A DNA stretch of 64,000 bases from an uncultured Actinomycetota bacterium. GTDB taxonomy: Bacteria > Actinomycetota > UBA4738 > HRBIN12. This document shows, one piece after another, positions 13,232-23,400 of the stretch (position 1 is its first letter; every line of letters starts with the position of its first letter). The stretch lies in the NCBI GenBank assembly GCA_963778505.1, contig CAVZUH010000002.1, positions 472,674 to 536,673 of the forward strand, read 5' to 3'. The notes under the pieces are model-generated. The model searched no databases and was not told the origin of the DNA. It saw nothing but the letters and a program-made list of their open reading frames with translations. Made by a program: the position numbers and the translations under genes.

Positions 13232-13297
13232 GTCCTTCGACCGCGGGGGAACCTCAGGGCATCGCCGCGGAGTTACTGCGATGATGTCGGAACTCCC

Positions 13298-14234
13298 ATG
13301 AACATCGGACTCGGCTTCCTTGTCGAGGTCGTCGCGTTCGTGGCGGCCGCCTACGTCGTGGTGGCGCTGCGGCATCGCCTCACGCAGTTGACGACCGACC
13401 TCGTGCTCGCTTCGATCGGCTGCGTGATGGGAGCGGGCGCCCTGCTGTTCCAGCAGGACGTCAGTCTCGCCGGCGGCGTGCTCGCACCGCCGTTCGCGGC
13501 GTTCCTCTTGGTGGCGCACGTGCGCGCGTGGGATGCGGTCGGCGTGACCCTGCCCCGGTGGGTGAACATCCCCCCGCTCGGCCGTAGGCAGGCGTACGCT
13601 AGCGGCCCAGCCGAGTCCGGAACGATCGAGGAACCCATGCAGCGACCGACGATCCACGACGCAGCCCGAGCCGGCAGTCGCGGGTTCGACCCCGAGCCTG
13701 CGGGCGGGTTCGACCCCGAGCCCCTGCCCGGCGAGGAGGAGCTCGCGCCGCCGGTCGAGCCGCTCCCGCCCGAGCACGCCTGGCCGTCTACGATCATCAG
13801 GGCCCCCGCCCAGACGCGCCTCCCGCGGAGCGGGGTGCGCCGTACCCGCGTGGAGGTCAGGAGGGTCGGGCCGCTGTCGGTCCTGAAGTTCTCGCTGATC
13901 TTCTACTTCTGCGTGTTCCTGGTGATCTACCTGGCCGCTCGCGATCATCTGGGCGATCTTGTCCGCGAGCGGAGTGATCGACTCGCTGGAGGAGCTCCTC
14001 GGCACGATCTTCCCGTCCGGCGAGCGGCCTCGTCGCCGACGAAACAGATCAGCACCGGTCGCCGCGCCGCCGATCGAGATCGACACCGGGCAGGTCTTCA
14101 CGTGGCTGTTCTTCGCCGGATGCGTCGGAGTCGCGATCTGGTCGCTCATCAACGTGTTCGTGGCGGTGATGTACAACCTGATCAGCGACATCGTCGGCGG
14201 GGTGGAGGTCACGCTCGCCGACCGTCGTGACTGA
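13298..14234 (+). CDS. DUF3566-family transmembrane protein (Rv0007 equivalent), with one frameshift near 13950
   Basis: VRRVGPLSVLKFSLIFYFCVFLVIYLA.. and ..GQVFTWLFFAGCVGVAIWSLINVFVAVMYNLISDIVGGVEVTL. Contains a direct repeat GFDPEPAGGFDPEPLPG. Conserved position after gyrA. Confidence 0.8.
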
Positions 14235-14300
14235 CGCCCGCTCCTCGATTGACAGGGTTTCGGGCGCCTGACTACCCTGCGGCGAGGGGCTCGGGGCCCT

Positions 14301-14375
14301 CGGGCCTGTAGCTCAGCTCGGTTAGAGCGCTTCCCTGATAAGGAAGAGGTCGATGGTTCAAGTCCATCCAGGCCC
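14301..14375 (+). tRNA. tRNA-Ile (anticodon GAT)
   Basis: GGGCCTGTAGCTCAGCTCGGTTAGAGCGCTTCCCTGATAAGGAAG..GGTTCAAGTCCATCCAGGCCCA. Cloverleaf with a CTGATAA anticodon loop. Confidence 0.93.
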
Positions 14376-14421
14376 ACGCTTGGCCAGGCCCACGCCATCC
14401 ACCCGATAGGAGGCTGTTCCC

Positions 14422-14597
14422 ATGGGAGACGACACCGAGGGCACGGAGAAGAAGGGCGGCTTCTTCCGGAAGCTCCTGAAGCTCGCCTTCATCGCGAGCG
14501 ATCGTGGCCGCCGTCGTGCAGTTCATGAAGCGCCGCCGGGGCGAGGACCTTGACGACGTCGAATGGCAGGAGCTGCCGCCGCCGGCCGGCGGGTAGG
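14422..14597 (+). CDS. Small (about 58-aa) membrane protein of unknown function, apparently with one frameshift
   Basis: A strong AGGAGG Shine-Dalgarno sits 10 nt upstream of the ATG. MGDDTEGTEKKGGFFRKLLKLAFIAS / IVAAVVQFMKRRRGEDLDDVEWQELPPPAGG. One predicted TM helix. Confidence 0.45.
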
Positions 14598-14685
14598 CGC
14601 GACCTGCGTCTGCTGGAGAGCCCGCCAGCCGGCGGGCCTTTCCGTTTCTTCGAGGCCCATCCGAGGCCCCACTAGACTCGCGCGG

Positions 14686-15521
14686 GTGGACGAGTCCGGA
14701 CCGGCGTGGGACCTCGCCCGCGCGGCGGCCGTGGCGGCGAACGTGGAGCTCCGACCCCTGGACCGTCGTTCGATCAGTTCGATGACGCGCTCGGGATCAT
14801 GGTCGCCACGTGGGGCGCGTTCCAGCTGCCTCCTCGAGAGGTGATGACCGCCCTCGCGCACAGCGGCAACGTGCCGCTGGGTGCCTACGACGGCGATCGA
14901 CTGGTCGGATTCGTCCTCGGCTGGGCGGGGGTGGACGAGGCGGGACTCCACGTGCACTCTCACATGCTCGCCGCGCTGCCCGAGCGGCGCCATCGCGGTG
15001 TCGGGTACGCGCTGAAGCTCGGTCAGCGCGCGCAGGCGCTCGACCAGGACATCCACGTGGCCCGGTGGACGTTCGACCCGCTCGTGGCGCGGAACGCGTG
15101 GTTCAATCTCGGGAAGCTCGGAGCCGTCGCCGATCGGTTCGGGCGCGCGTTCTACGGGGAGATGACGGACGAGATCAACCGAGGCGATCGCACCGATCGC
15201 CTGGTGGTCCGGTGGGAGCTCGACCCGGAGCCCGGCGCCAGCGTCCATCGCCCGAAGGGCTCCCGACCGTGCTCGCGGCCGAGGGCGATCCCGATCGCTC
15301 CGGTCCCGGTCCAAGGGGTCGACGCCGGCGGCCGAGGGGGCCGTCGTCGAGGTGCCACGCGAACATCGCGGATCTTCGCCAGCGAGACGCCGATCTGGCG
15401 TCTCGCTGGCGCGCCGCCGCCGCGGATGCCCTCGAGTCGTGCTCTCGATGCCGGACTGATCGCGAGCGCCTTCGACAGGACGCGATCCGCCTACGTCCTG
15501 GTTCCGGAAGCGACGATATGA
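14686..15521 (+). CDS. GNAT-family acyltransferase-like protein, frameshifted
   Basis: ..RLVGFVLGWAGVDEAGLHVHSHMLAALPERRHRGVGYALKLGQRAQAL.. (GNAT motif A, R-x-x-G-x-G). Its stop overlaps the next gene's ATG (ATGA at 15518-15521). Confidence 0.6.
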
Positions 15522-16644
15522 GCCGCGTTCGGGCCGTCGAGCTGCTCATGGTCGAGCTGCCGCTGGTTCGCCCGTTCCGCACGAGCTTCGGAGAGATGAG
15601 CGACAAGCGCTGCGTCGCTCGTTCGGGTGGAGACCGACGATGCCGAGGGCTGGGGGGAGTGCGTCGCCGACTCGACGCCGGATTTCAGTGCCGAATTCAA
15701 CGAGGGGGCGTGGCTCGTGCTCCGTGACTTCCTCGCCCCCGCGCTGTTCCGGGCGGGGGACGTGGACGTCGACGGTGCGGAACGGGTGTTCGCCGAGGTT
15801 CGCGGCAATCCGATGGCGAAAGCGGCGCTGCTCGACGCCTTCGTCGACGCGGAGCTGCGGGCGACGCGGAGCGTCGCTGGCATCCTGGCTCGGCGCTGAG
15901 CGCGACCGTGTCGGAGTGCGGCGTGAGCATCGGGATCGCGCCATCGACCGACGCGCTCCTCGAGCAGGTGAAGGACTACCTGGAGCAGGGCTACCTCCGT
16001 ATCAAGCTCAAGATCGAACCCGGCATCGACGTCGATCGCGTTCGTGCCGTTCGCGCCGTCCACCCGAGCGTCCTCCTCTCCGTCGACGCGAACGCCGCGT
16101 ACTCGCCTGCCGACGCCGAGGTGTTCCGCTCGATGGACGATGCGGATCTCCTGATGATCGAGCAGCCCCTCCACCACGAGGACCTGCTCCGGCACGCGGA
16201 GCTGCAGGCGCTCTTGCGGACCGATCTCTGCCTCGACGAATCGATCCGCTCGGCCGCCGACGCGTCCGCCGCGCTCGAGCTCCTGCGCCTGTCGGATCGT
16301 GAACATCAAGCAGGGACGGGTCGGAGGTGTCCTCGAGGCGAAGACGGATCCATGACCTCTGCTTCGAACGGAGCATCCCCGTGTGGTGCGGAGGGATGCT
16401 CGAGACCGGGATCGGCCGTGCGTTGAACCTGGCTCTGGCGGCCCTGCCCGGCTTCTCCCTGCCCGGCGACACGAGCGCTTCGTCCCGGTACTTCCACGAC
16501 GACCTCACGGAACCGTTCGAGCTGGCGTCCGACGGCACGATGGCCTTCCCGTCGGGCGCCGGGATCGGCGTGACGCCGCTGCCGGATCGGCTCCGTGCGT
16601 GCGTGACGCGCCGGGAACTCCTCCTCCGCCAGGACAAAGAGTGA
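15518..16644 (+). CDS. Enolase-superfamily enzyme: o-succinylbenzoate synthase / N-succinylamino-acid racemase-like, with three or more frameshifts
   Basis: MSRVRAVELLMVELPLVRPFRTSFGE.., ..YLRIKLKIEPGIDVDRVRAVR..LSVDANAAYS..LLMIEQPL.., ..VNIKQGRVGG../..WCGGMLETGIGRALNLALAALP.. (MR/MLE-family catalytic regions). Confidence 0.8.
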
Positions 16645-16791
16645 CAAAATCACCGAGCCCGCTTGACGGCGGAACGAGGGGCACCGTATGGTTCGCGATG
16701 AGAGACCGCTGGAGCCCTCGGGTTCCGGCGGTTTCTCACTTTCCGGGCCCATTCCGGGTCCTCGCCGGCGGCCCTCACGCGCTCGGATCCG

Positions 16792-17450
16792 ATGAACCTC
16801 GTGCTCGTGCTCGTGCTTGCTTGTGTCGGGACGCTTCCGCAGGCGACGATAGGCCGACGCCAACAGTGCCCGGCGCTCGACCACCCGATGAAGAAACGTG
16901 TCATCAGAGCCGAGGAGTTCGAGGTCCTGGATGCTGCGGGACAGGTGCGGCTACGGATCGGCTTGTCGAACGACGATTCTCCGTTCTTCTCGATGCTGGA
17001 TCCTCACGGACAGGTTCGGGCTCGTTTCGGGCTCTCCTCGGACGGGTCCGCAGGCCTCGCGATCGGCGACGACAACGGCAAGGTCCGGGCGACGCTCGGG
17101 ATTGTCCACGCGACGGTTCGGCCAGCCTCGCGTTCGGGGACCGCAACGGGAAGATCCGCGCCAAGTTCGGACTGGCCTCGGACGCCTCGCCCACGCTGGG
17201 AGCTCACGTCGAGGGCGATGAGGTGAGCCACCGGTACACGCTGGCGGATCAGGGGTCGCCGACGCTCGGCCTCTACGACCGCGCCGGGCGGGTGCGGATC
17301 CGGCTGGGTCTCGCGGCCGAGGGGTTCCCGATCCTCCGGCTGCTCGACGCCGAGGGCGAGCTCCGTGCGCTGGTGGGTCTGGCGGATGATGGGAGCCCCT
17401 TGATCCAGTTCATGGACGAACGGAAGCAGCCGACCTGGACGATGCGATGA
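16792..17450 (+). CDS. Protein with six tandem repeats of about 23 aa (unknown family), possibly a lipoprotein; one frameshift near 17100
   Basis: Repeats LDAAGQVRLRIGLSNDDSPFFSM / LDPHGQVRARFGLSSDGSAGLAIG / DDNGKVRATLG.. / DRNGKIRAKFGLASDASPTLGAH / ..GRVRIRLGLAAEGFPILRL / LDAEGELRALVGLADDGSPLIQFM. Candidate signal/lipobox MNLVLVLVLAC, with an alternative start MKKRV at 16885. The stop overlaps the next gene's start (ATGA). Confidence 0.55.
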
Positions 17451-17933
17451 GCGGGTGGTGGACGGCAGCGTTCGTGGCCCAATGGATCCTCCTCGTGGTC
17501 CTGTGCGTCGTCGTCGTCGCGCTCGCCCGCCAGGTCGGCACGCTCCACCTTCGGCTCGGTCCCCGCGGGGCCCTCGAGATCGATACCGAAGGGCCCGCCG
17601 CTCGGTGAGGCGCTTCCCGCCGTCGACGCACGAGCGACCGACGGCACTTCGCTCGTGCTCGGAGGGCCGGGCGGGCGGCGTCTGGTCTTGTTCTCGTCGC
17701 CGACGTGCATCGTCTGTCGCGAGGTCGCTCCGGCGGTGCCGGCGGCCGCCGGCGCGGGGGATCTCGTGTCCCAGATCGTGCACGACCCGGATGCGGAGCG
17801 GGTGTTCGAGGTTCCCGGCACCCCGTTCGTGCTCGTGCTCGACGAGATGGGGATCGTCCGAGCCAAGGGCACCGTGAACAACCTCGAGCAGGTGGAGGGT
17901 CTGGTGGACACCGGCGGCTCGACGGATGCGTGA
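17447..17933 (+). CDS. MauD-like / TlpA-like membrane-anchored thiol-disulfide oxidoreductase, with one frameshift
   Basis: N-terminal TM helix MSGWWTAAFVAQWILLVVLCVVVVALA, then a thioredoxin fold with CxxC: LVLFSSPTCIVCREVAP...FEVPGTPFVLVLDEMGIVRAKG. Confidence 0.7.
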
Positions 17934-17945
17934 GGAGGGCGAGCG

Positions 17946-18486
17946 ATGGGCGAGCTGACGACGATGGAGCGCGCGCAGCGGGCGCTCGCGCAGCGAACGA
18001 GCCGACGCGGTTTCCTCGGACGGGTGGGGCGGGGGGTTGTCGCGCTCGCCGGTGGATCCCTCGTCGCCGACGGCGCTCGCCCCGGATCGGGCCGAGGCGT
18101 TCCACATCTGTGGCCACACCTGGACGACCGGGTCGTGTCCCCATCCGTTACGCGCCCCAGTCGCGGACCGACCGCTATCGGGTTCCCGGTCCACCCGACG
18201 TCGGGCTACCCGGTGGACGACCGGGGGAAGCTCTACCGCGATCGGGCGACCCAGGACGCGATCGAAGACCTGCCAGGAGAAGGTCCCCGAGGTCTACGCC
18301 TTCGTGAACGACGCCCGGTACGGCGGCGGCTGGACGCGGTGCTGCTCTGGGCGGCTGCGCCACATCCAGGATTGCTGCTCCCGGTCGACGATCCGGATCA
18401 ACGGGGACTACGCCGTGCGCGGCTACTGTCCCGCCGGGTTCAAGGTCTTCTGCATCACGTACCGGGAGCTCGCGAAGTCGTGTTGA
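17946..18486 (+). CDS. Tat-signal, Cys-rich (about 10 Cys) small secreted protein resembling the methylamine/amine dehydrogenase light chain; two or more frameshifts
   Basis: GGAGGG Shine-Dalgarno. Twin-arginine leader MERAQRALAQRTSRRGFLGRVGRGVVALAGGSLVA (compare the MauA leader SRRSFIGKLGTALAGAAL). Mature part ..HICGHTWTTGSCPHP.., ..GGGWTRCCSGRLRHIQDCCSRS..RGYCPAGFKVFCITYRELAKSC. Confidence 0.5.
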
Positions 18487-18566
18487 CCGACGCCGGGACG
18501 GCCGCGCTGACGGTCGCCGCGGCGATCGCCGGCTGGTCCGCGCTCTGGGGGCCATGAGGACTCTCG

Positions 18567-18970
18567 ATGGTGGAGACCATCAGCCCCGTCGTGTACGGGA
18601 CGCGGACGAGATGGGTGGGCGCGCTGGCGCTCCATGCCGCGGGGGCGACGGCGACCGCGGCCGCCTTCGGGGCCCTGGTCGCCGCCGTCGGCGCCCTCCT
18701 CGGCGCCCCCTGGGGCAGCGGCGGGCGCCGTCATCGTCGCGGGGGTCGCCTTGCTGTATCTCGTCCGTGAGCTGACGGGGATACGGATCCCCGTTCCGCA
18801 GCTTCGGCGACAGGTGCCCGACTGGTGGCGCACGTACTTCGGCCGTCCGCTCGCGGCGTTCCTCTACGGCGCCGGCCTCGGGGTCGGGTTCTTCACCTTC
18901 CTCGGCCACGGGACGCTCGTCGTCGTCACCGTCGGCGTGGCCGCGACCGGCAGGCCACTCCTGGGTGCGG
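18567..18970 (+). CDS. Polytopic integral membrane protein of unknown function, frameshifted; the boundary with the next gene is unclear
   Basis: Hydrophobic segments WVGALALHAAGATATAAAFGALVAAVGALLGAP, AAGAVIVAGVALLYLV, PLAAFLYGAGLGVGFFTFLGHGTLVVVTVGVAA. Confidence 0.45.
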
Positions 18971-19680
18971 TCGCTGATGGCCCCCTTCGGGCTCGCGAGA
19001 GGGCTCGCGCCGTTCGTTGCAGCGCGATCGAAGGGGCCCGAGGACGGCAGCCTCCTCGTCGATCGCCTGAGCTCGATGTCGGGGCGCCTTCGGAGTGCCC
19101 TGAACGCGGCGGCTCTGACGAGCGTGGCGGTTGCCGCCGCCGCCACCGCGTCACGCGCCGACGGCGGGTGGGGCGAGGCGGCGGCCGCGATCCTCGCGGT
19201 CGTGTTCGCGTGGGCGGCCGTCGCCAAGATAGCCGGGTGGCACCGGTGGCGCCGTGCGCTCTCGGCGCACGCTCTGCCACGGCGGCTGGAGAGCATAGCC
19301 ACGTGGGCGGTCCCGGCGGCGGAGGCGCTGGTACCGACACTCACGCTCCTGGGTCGCGAGCGGGCAGCGGCCGTCGCGGCGCTGGCTACGGTGGTGGTCT
19401 TCTCGATCGCCCTCCTCCGGCTGGCCGCTGCGCGACGGTGTCCGCGTCGCGTGCGGCTGCTTCGGACGTGCCTCGATCGACGTGCGGGTGGCGCTCTCTC
19501 GGAATCTGGCGCTCGCGGCCGCCGCGTTCGCTGTCCTTCGCGCTCGCTCCCCACGACCCGGCGCTCAGGCTGCCGCAAGCGAGCGACACGCTGCCCGCGC
19601 TGCTCCTCGCAGGAGCCCTGGCCACGGCGACGATCACGGCTTGGCGGACCGCCGTCTGGCTGGGAAGGGGCCGGGCGTGA
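18965..19680 (+). CDS. MauE-family (methylamine-utilisation MauE/DoxX-like) membrane protein, with two or more frameshifts
   Basis: ..AAAILAVVFAWAAVAKIAGWHRWRRALSAHALPRRLESIATWAVPAAEALVPTLTLLG..ALATVVVFSIALLRL.. and, in the adjacent frame, the family-typical CGCFG motif (RCGCFGRASIDVRVALSRNLALAAAAF). A C-terminal TM helix follows, with the stop at 19680. Confidence 0.6.
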
Positions 19681-20273
19681 GCCGGCCGTACGTGCTTCGC
19701 GCCTTCGCGCCCTTCGTGGCCGCGCTCCTGACCGTGGCACTCATCGCCGTGGTCGCCGGTGCGCACGACACCGACCTGCTCGATCCGAACGACACCGGCG
19801 GCAAGCTCGACGTGAGGCAAGTGCGCCTGGCGCATCACCCGCTCCCTCCGGTGTGGACCGTCGTCACATTCGCCGAGTGGAGGACCGCGGAGATGTGGGA
19901 TCGAGGCTACATCATGGTGCTGCTCGACACCTCAGGGGGAGAGCGTGCCGAGTACTACCTTCTCGTCCGATCGATACGCTCGGCGCTCCGTGGGTCGCTC
20001 TGGCGAGCCCGCATCCACGGGCCGGACTCCAACCTCGGCATCGTCCCGGTGAAACGGCTATCCCCCCGGAGCGTGTCGGTCCAGGTGCGTCTGTCGCGGC
20101 TCACGTTCGGCGCGAGCCGGTCCTTGTATCGGTGGTGGGTGCAAACGGTGTTCACGGGCCTGACCTGCCGGCGAACCTGCCAGGACCGCGCTCCCAACGG
20201 GGAGCCGGTCCTCCAGTGGAGACCGGGGATGTCTCCGTCCCCGTCCCCAACAGATGGTTCCTCGTCGCCATGA
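19680..20273 (+). CDS. Hypothetical exported or membrane-anchored protein
   Basis: The GTG start overlaps the upstream stop. N-terminal hydrophobic FAPFVAALLTVALIAVVAGA, then ..VTFAEWRTAEMWDRGYIMVLLDTSGGERAEYYLLV... No recognisable family. Confidence 0.4.
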   Translation, partial: SRPYVLRAFAPFVAALLTVALIAVVAGAHDTDLLDPNDTGGKLDVRQVRLAHHPLPPVWTVVTFAEWRTAEMWDRGYIMVLLDTSGGERAEYYLLVRSIRSALRGSLWRARIHGPDSNLGIVPVKRLSPRSVSVQVRLSRLTFGASRSLYRWWVQTVFTGLTCRRTCQDRAPNGEPVLQWRPGMSPSPSPTDGSSSP

Positions 20274-20429
20274 CCGAGGGCCGCTGCCCGACAGGACCGC
20301 ATCCGAGATCGGTCCCGGCTCATCGGAACCTTCGTCTTGCCCGTGGCGTCCGACCGGCAGGGATCCGGTCGTACGCGATCTTCCGACTGACGTACGAGCA
20401 CGGCTTTCGGCCGTAGAGGGGGGCACCCC

Positions 20430-23400
20430 GTGAGAAGGCGCCACGTCGCTGTCTGGATCGTCTGCACGCTCGTCATCGGACTGATAGGCCCTGCAGGTCA
20501 ACCTGCGCTCGCCGCGGAGGCGGCTACCAAGATCCAGTCAGGACTGGTGGATCGGCTGCGCTCCGGAACCCTGGAGTCGTTCGTGGTGGAATTCGCGGCA
20601 CGAGCCAACCTTTCGGCGGCGACCGCGATCGATGGGTGGGCGGGCCGGGGGCGCGCCGTGTATCGCGCCCTCACGACCACGGCCGAGCGATCGCAGTCGG
20701 CCGCGACGGCATTGATCCGCGCCACGCCCGGCGCGAAGGCCCATTCCTTCTGGCTCACCAACGTGCTCGTCCTCGAGGCCGGGGCCTCGCCGTCGCTCGC
20801 GCAGCGTCTCGCCGGGCTCCCGGGCGTGACCCGAGTCCGGGCTGAGAAGACCTTCCCGTTGATAGAGCCGGTCGAGCAACACGCCGTGGTGATCGCGGCG
20901 GATGAGCCGCCGCCCTGGGGCGTGACGAAGATCGGCGCGGACGAAGTGTGGGCCGACGGGATCCTAGGGAGTGGCGTCGTGGTGGCCAACATCGACACGG
21001 GCGTCGATTACGCGCACGAGGCTCTCGTGGGGCAGTATCGAGGCAACCTCGGCGGAACCTTCGATCACGACTATTCGTGGTGGGACCCGACCGGCATCTG
21101 CGGGGACGTGCCGTGCGACAACGCGCAACACGGCACCCACACGATGGGCACGATGGTGGGTGGTGATGGCCCCGGACCGTTCACTCCCGACATCGGCGTG
21201 GCGCCGGGGGCTTCCTGGATCGCCGCCAAGGGCTGCGAGGACGTCTTCTGCACCGAGTCCTCGCTGCTCTCATCGGGTGAGTTCATGGTGGCCCCGACGG
21301 ATCTGAACGGCGAGAATCCGGACCCCACGAAACGGCCGGATATCGTGAACAACTCGTGGGGTGGAGTGCCGGGCGACGGGTTCTACCTCGAAGTCGTCCA
21401 GGCGTGGCGCGCTGCCGGCATCATCCCCGTCTTCGCAGCAGGCAACGCCGGGCCCGACTGCGAGTCGGGTGGCTCGCCTGGTGACTATCTGGAGTCGTTC
21501 AGCGCCGGCGCGACGGATGAGAACGACGGGATCGCGGACTTCTCGAGCAGGGGGCCGTCCTCCTTCGGGAAGGTGATGCCAGACGTGTCGGCGCCCGGCG
21601 TCGACGTGGTCTCGAGCGTCCCGGGCGACGGGTACGACTCGTTCAGCGGCACATCGATGGCCGCGCCCCACACCACGGGCACACTGGCGCTGGTGCTGTC
21701 GGCAGAGCTCGCGCTGCGAGGCAACGTGGCCGGGTCCACGGACGCCGTGCGGTCGACGGCGCTCGACATCGCCGACGACACCTGCGGCGGAGATGCCGAT
21801 GGAGACCCCAACAACGTCTTCGGGGACGGCCGGATCGACGCGCTGGCCGCTGTGGCGCTCGTCGCCACGGGCGGCACGCTCGCGGGCGACGTCACCGATG
21901 TCTCCTCGAGCGATCCCATCGAAGGCGCCAGGATCGAGGCGAGCGCCGGGGGCCGGACGTTCTCGGCGACGACCGATGCCGCCGGCCACTTCGAGCTCTT
22001 CCTCGGTGCCGGCACCTATACCGTGACCGCGTCCGCCTTCGGCTACCAGTCCGCGCTGGCGACCGGGGTGGAGATCGAGACGGATCTCACGACCACCCAA
22101 GACTTCTTCCTCGCGCCGCTCCCGCGGCGTGACATCACCGGCACGGTGACGGCCGAGGAGGACGGGTCGCCGATCGAGGGTGCGGAGGTGCGCGCTCTGG
22201 GCACCCCCGTGGCCCCGGCGACGACCGATGCGAACGGTGACTACACCCTCACGCTGCCCATCGGCGAGTACACCATCCGTGTCGCGGCGGGCGGCTGCAC
22301 GAGCCACGAGGAATCGGAGGTGACCCTCACCCTTGCCGGCGTGACGCACGACGTCACCCTGTCGGCCAAGATCGATGATTTCGGACACGGCTGCCACCGG
22401 GTCGCGTTCGACTGGGTCGATGCGGCCTTGAACACCGCGATGTTCGGCGACCAAACCGTAGGGCGCCTGGCGATGCCGTTCCCATTCCCGTTCTACGGCG
22501 AGAGCTACGACGACGGTCTTCATCACCGACAACGGCTACCTGAGCTTCGAGATGCCGGAGTTCGCCGATCCCACGCCGATCGCGATCCCCTCGACGGGGA
22601 CGCCGAACGCCGCGATCTACGCGCTCTGGCAGAACCTCGTGATCGACGGCGCGAGCGCGGTGCGCTACGACACCGTCGGGACGAGTCCCGACAGGGCCTT
22701 CGTGGTCGAGTACGAACAGCTGAAGGTGGGCCCTCGCTTCGGCGATCTCGGCACCGAGGCGGAGCCCGCGGCGACCGGTCGCGTGGACGTCGAGGTGAAG
22801 CTCTGGGAGGACGGCACGATCGACATCCTCTACGGCGACAACCCGGCGAACCCGGGCGACGGGCGCGACGCCGGCATCGGGATCGAGAACGCAGACGGCA
22901 CGGACGCGCTGCAGTTCTCGTTCTCCGAGGACCTCGTGAGCGCGAACGTCGCATATCGATACGAGGTCGTGCCGAGTGGGATCGTGAGCGGCACCGTCAC
23001 CGATGCCAACGATGACCTGCCGATCGCGGGTGCCGTCGTGACGGCCGACCCGGGGGGCCGGACCGTCAGCACCGGTGCGGACGGGACCTACTCGCTCCGG
23101 GTGCGACCGGGCACGTACACCTTGACCTTCTCGGCGACCAACTACGTGACCCGTGAGGAAACGGCAGTCGTGGTGACCGATGGCGGTTCGCCCGTCGTCG
23201 ACGCCGCGCTCGCAGCGCCCGTGGCCCGTGTCGAACCCACGCAGATCGATGCCTCGGTCGACTTCGGCAACTCCTCGACGTCGACGATCACGATCTCGAA
23301 CGCGGGGACGTCGGATCTCACTTGGGAACTGCTCGAGCGGGAAGGGAGCCGCACCCCACCCGACCTGCCGCCGGTCCCGCTGGTGATCCGGGACCCGGTG

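Noticed and set aside
18580-19740. 386-aa minus-strand ORF opposite the MauE-like region, and other long antisense ORFs (21270..22532, 22354..23580, 24656..25711, 26799..28469, 30827..31792, 36127..37383, 39049..40305, 41347..42321, 50406..51908, 51376..52578, 55017..56225, 57274..58731, 58756..60375)
   Set aside because: Each lies opposite a gene with recognisable conserved motifs. Their translations are Arg/Pro/Gly-rich low-complexity sequence, typical of high-GC antisense frames.
16792-20273. A complete methylamine dehydrogenase (mau) operon
   Set aside because: No MauB heavy-chain beta-propeller, MauG, amicyanin or MauF/MauJ-like genes were identified. Only the MauD-like, MauE-like and light-chain-like parts are present.
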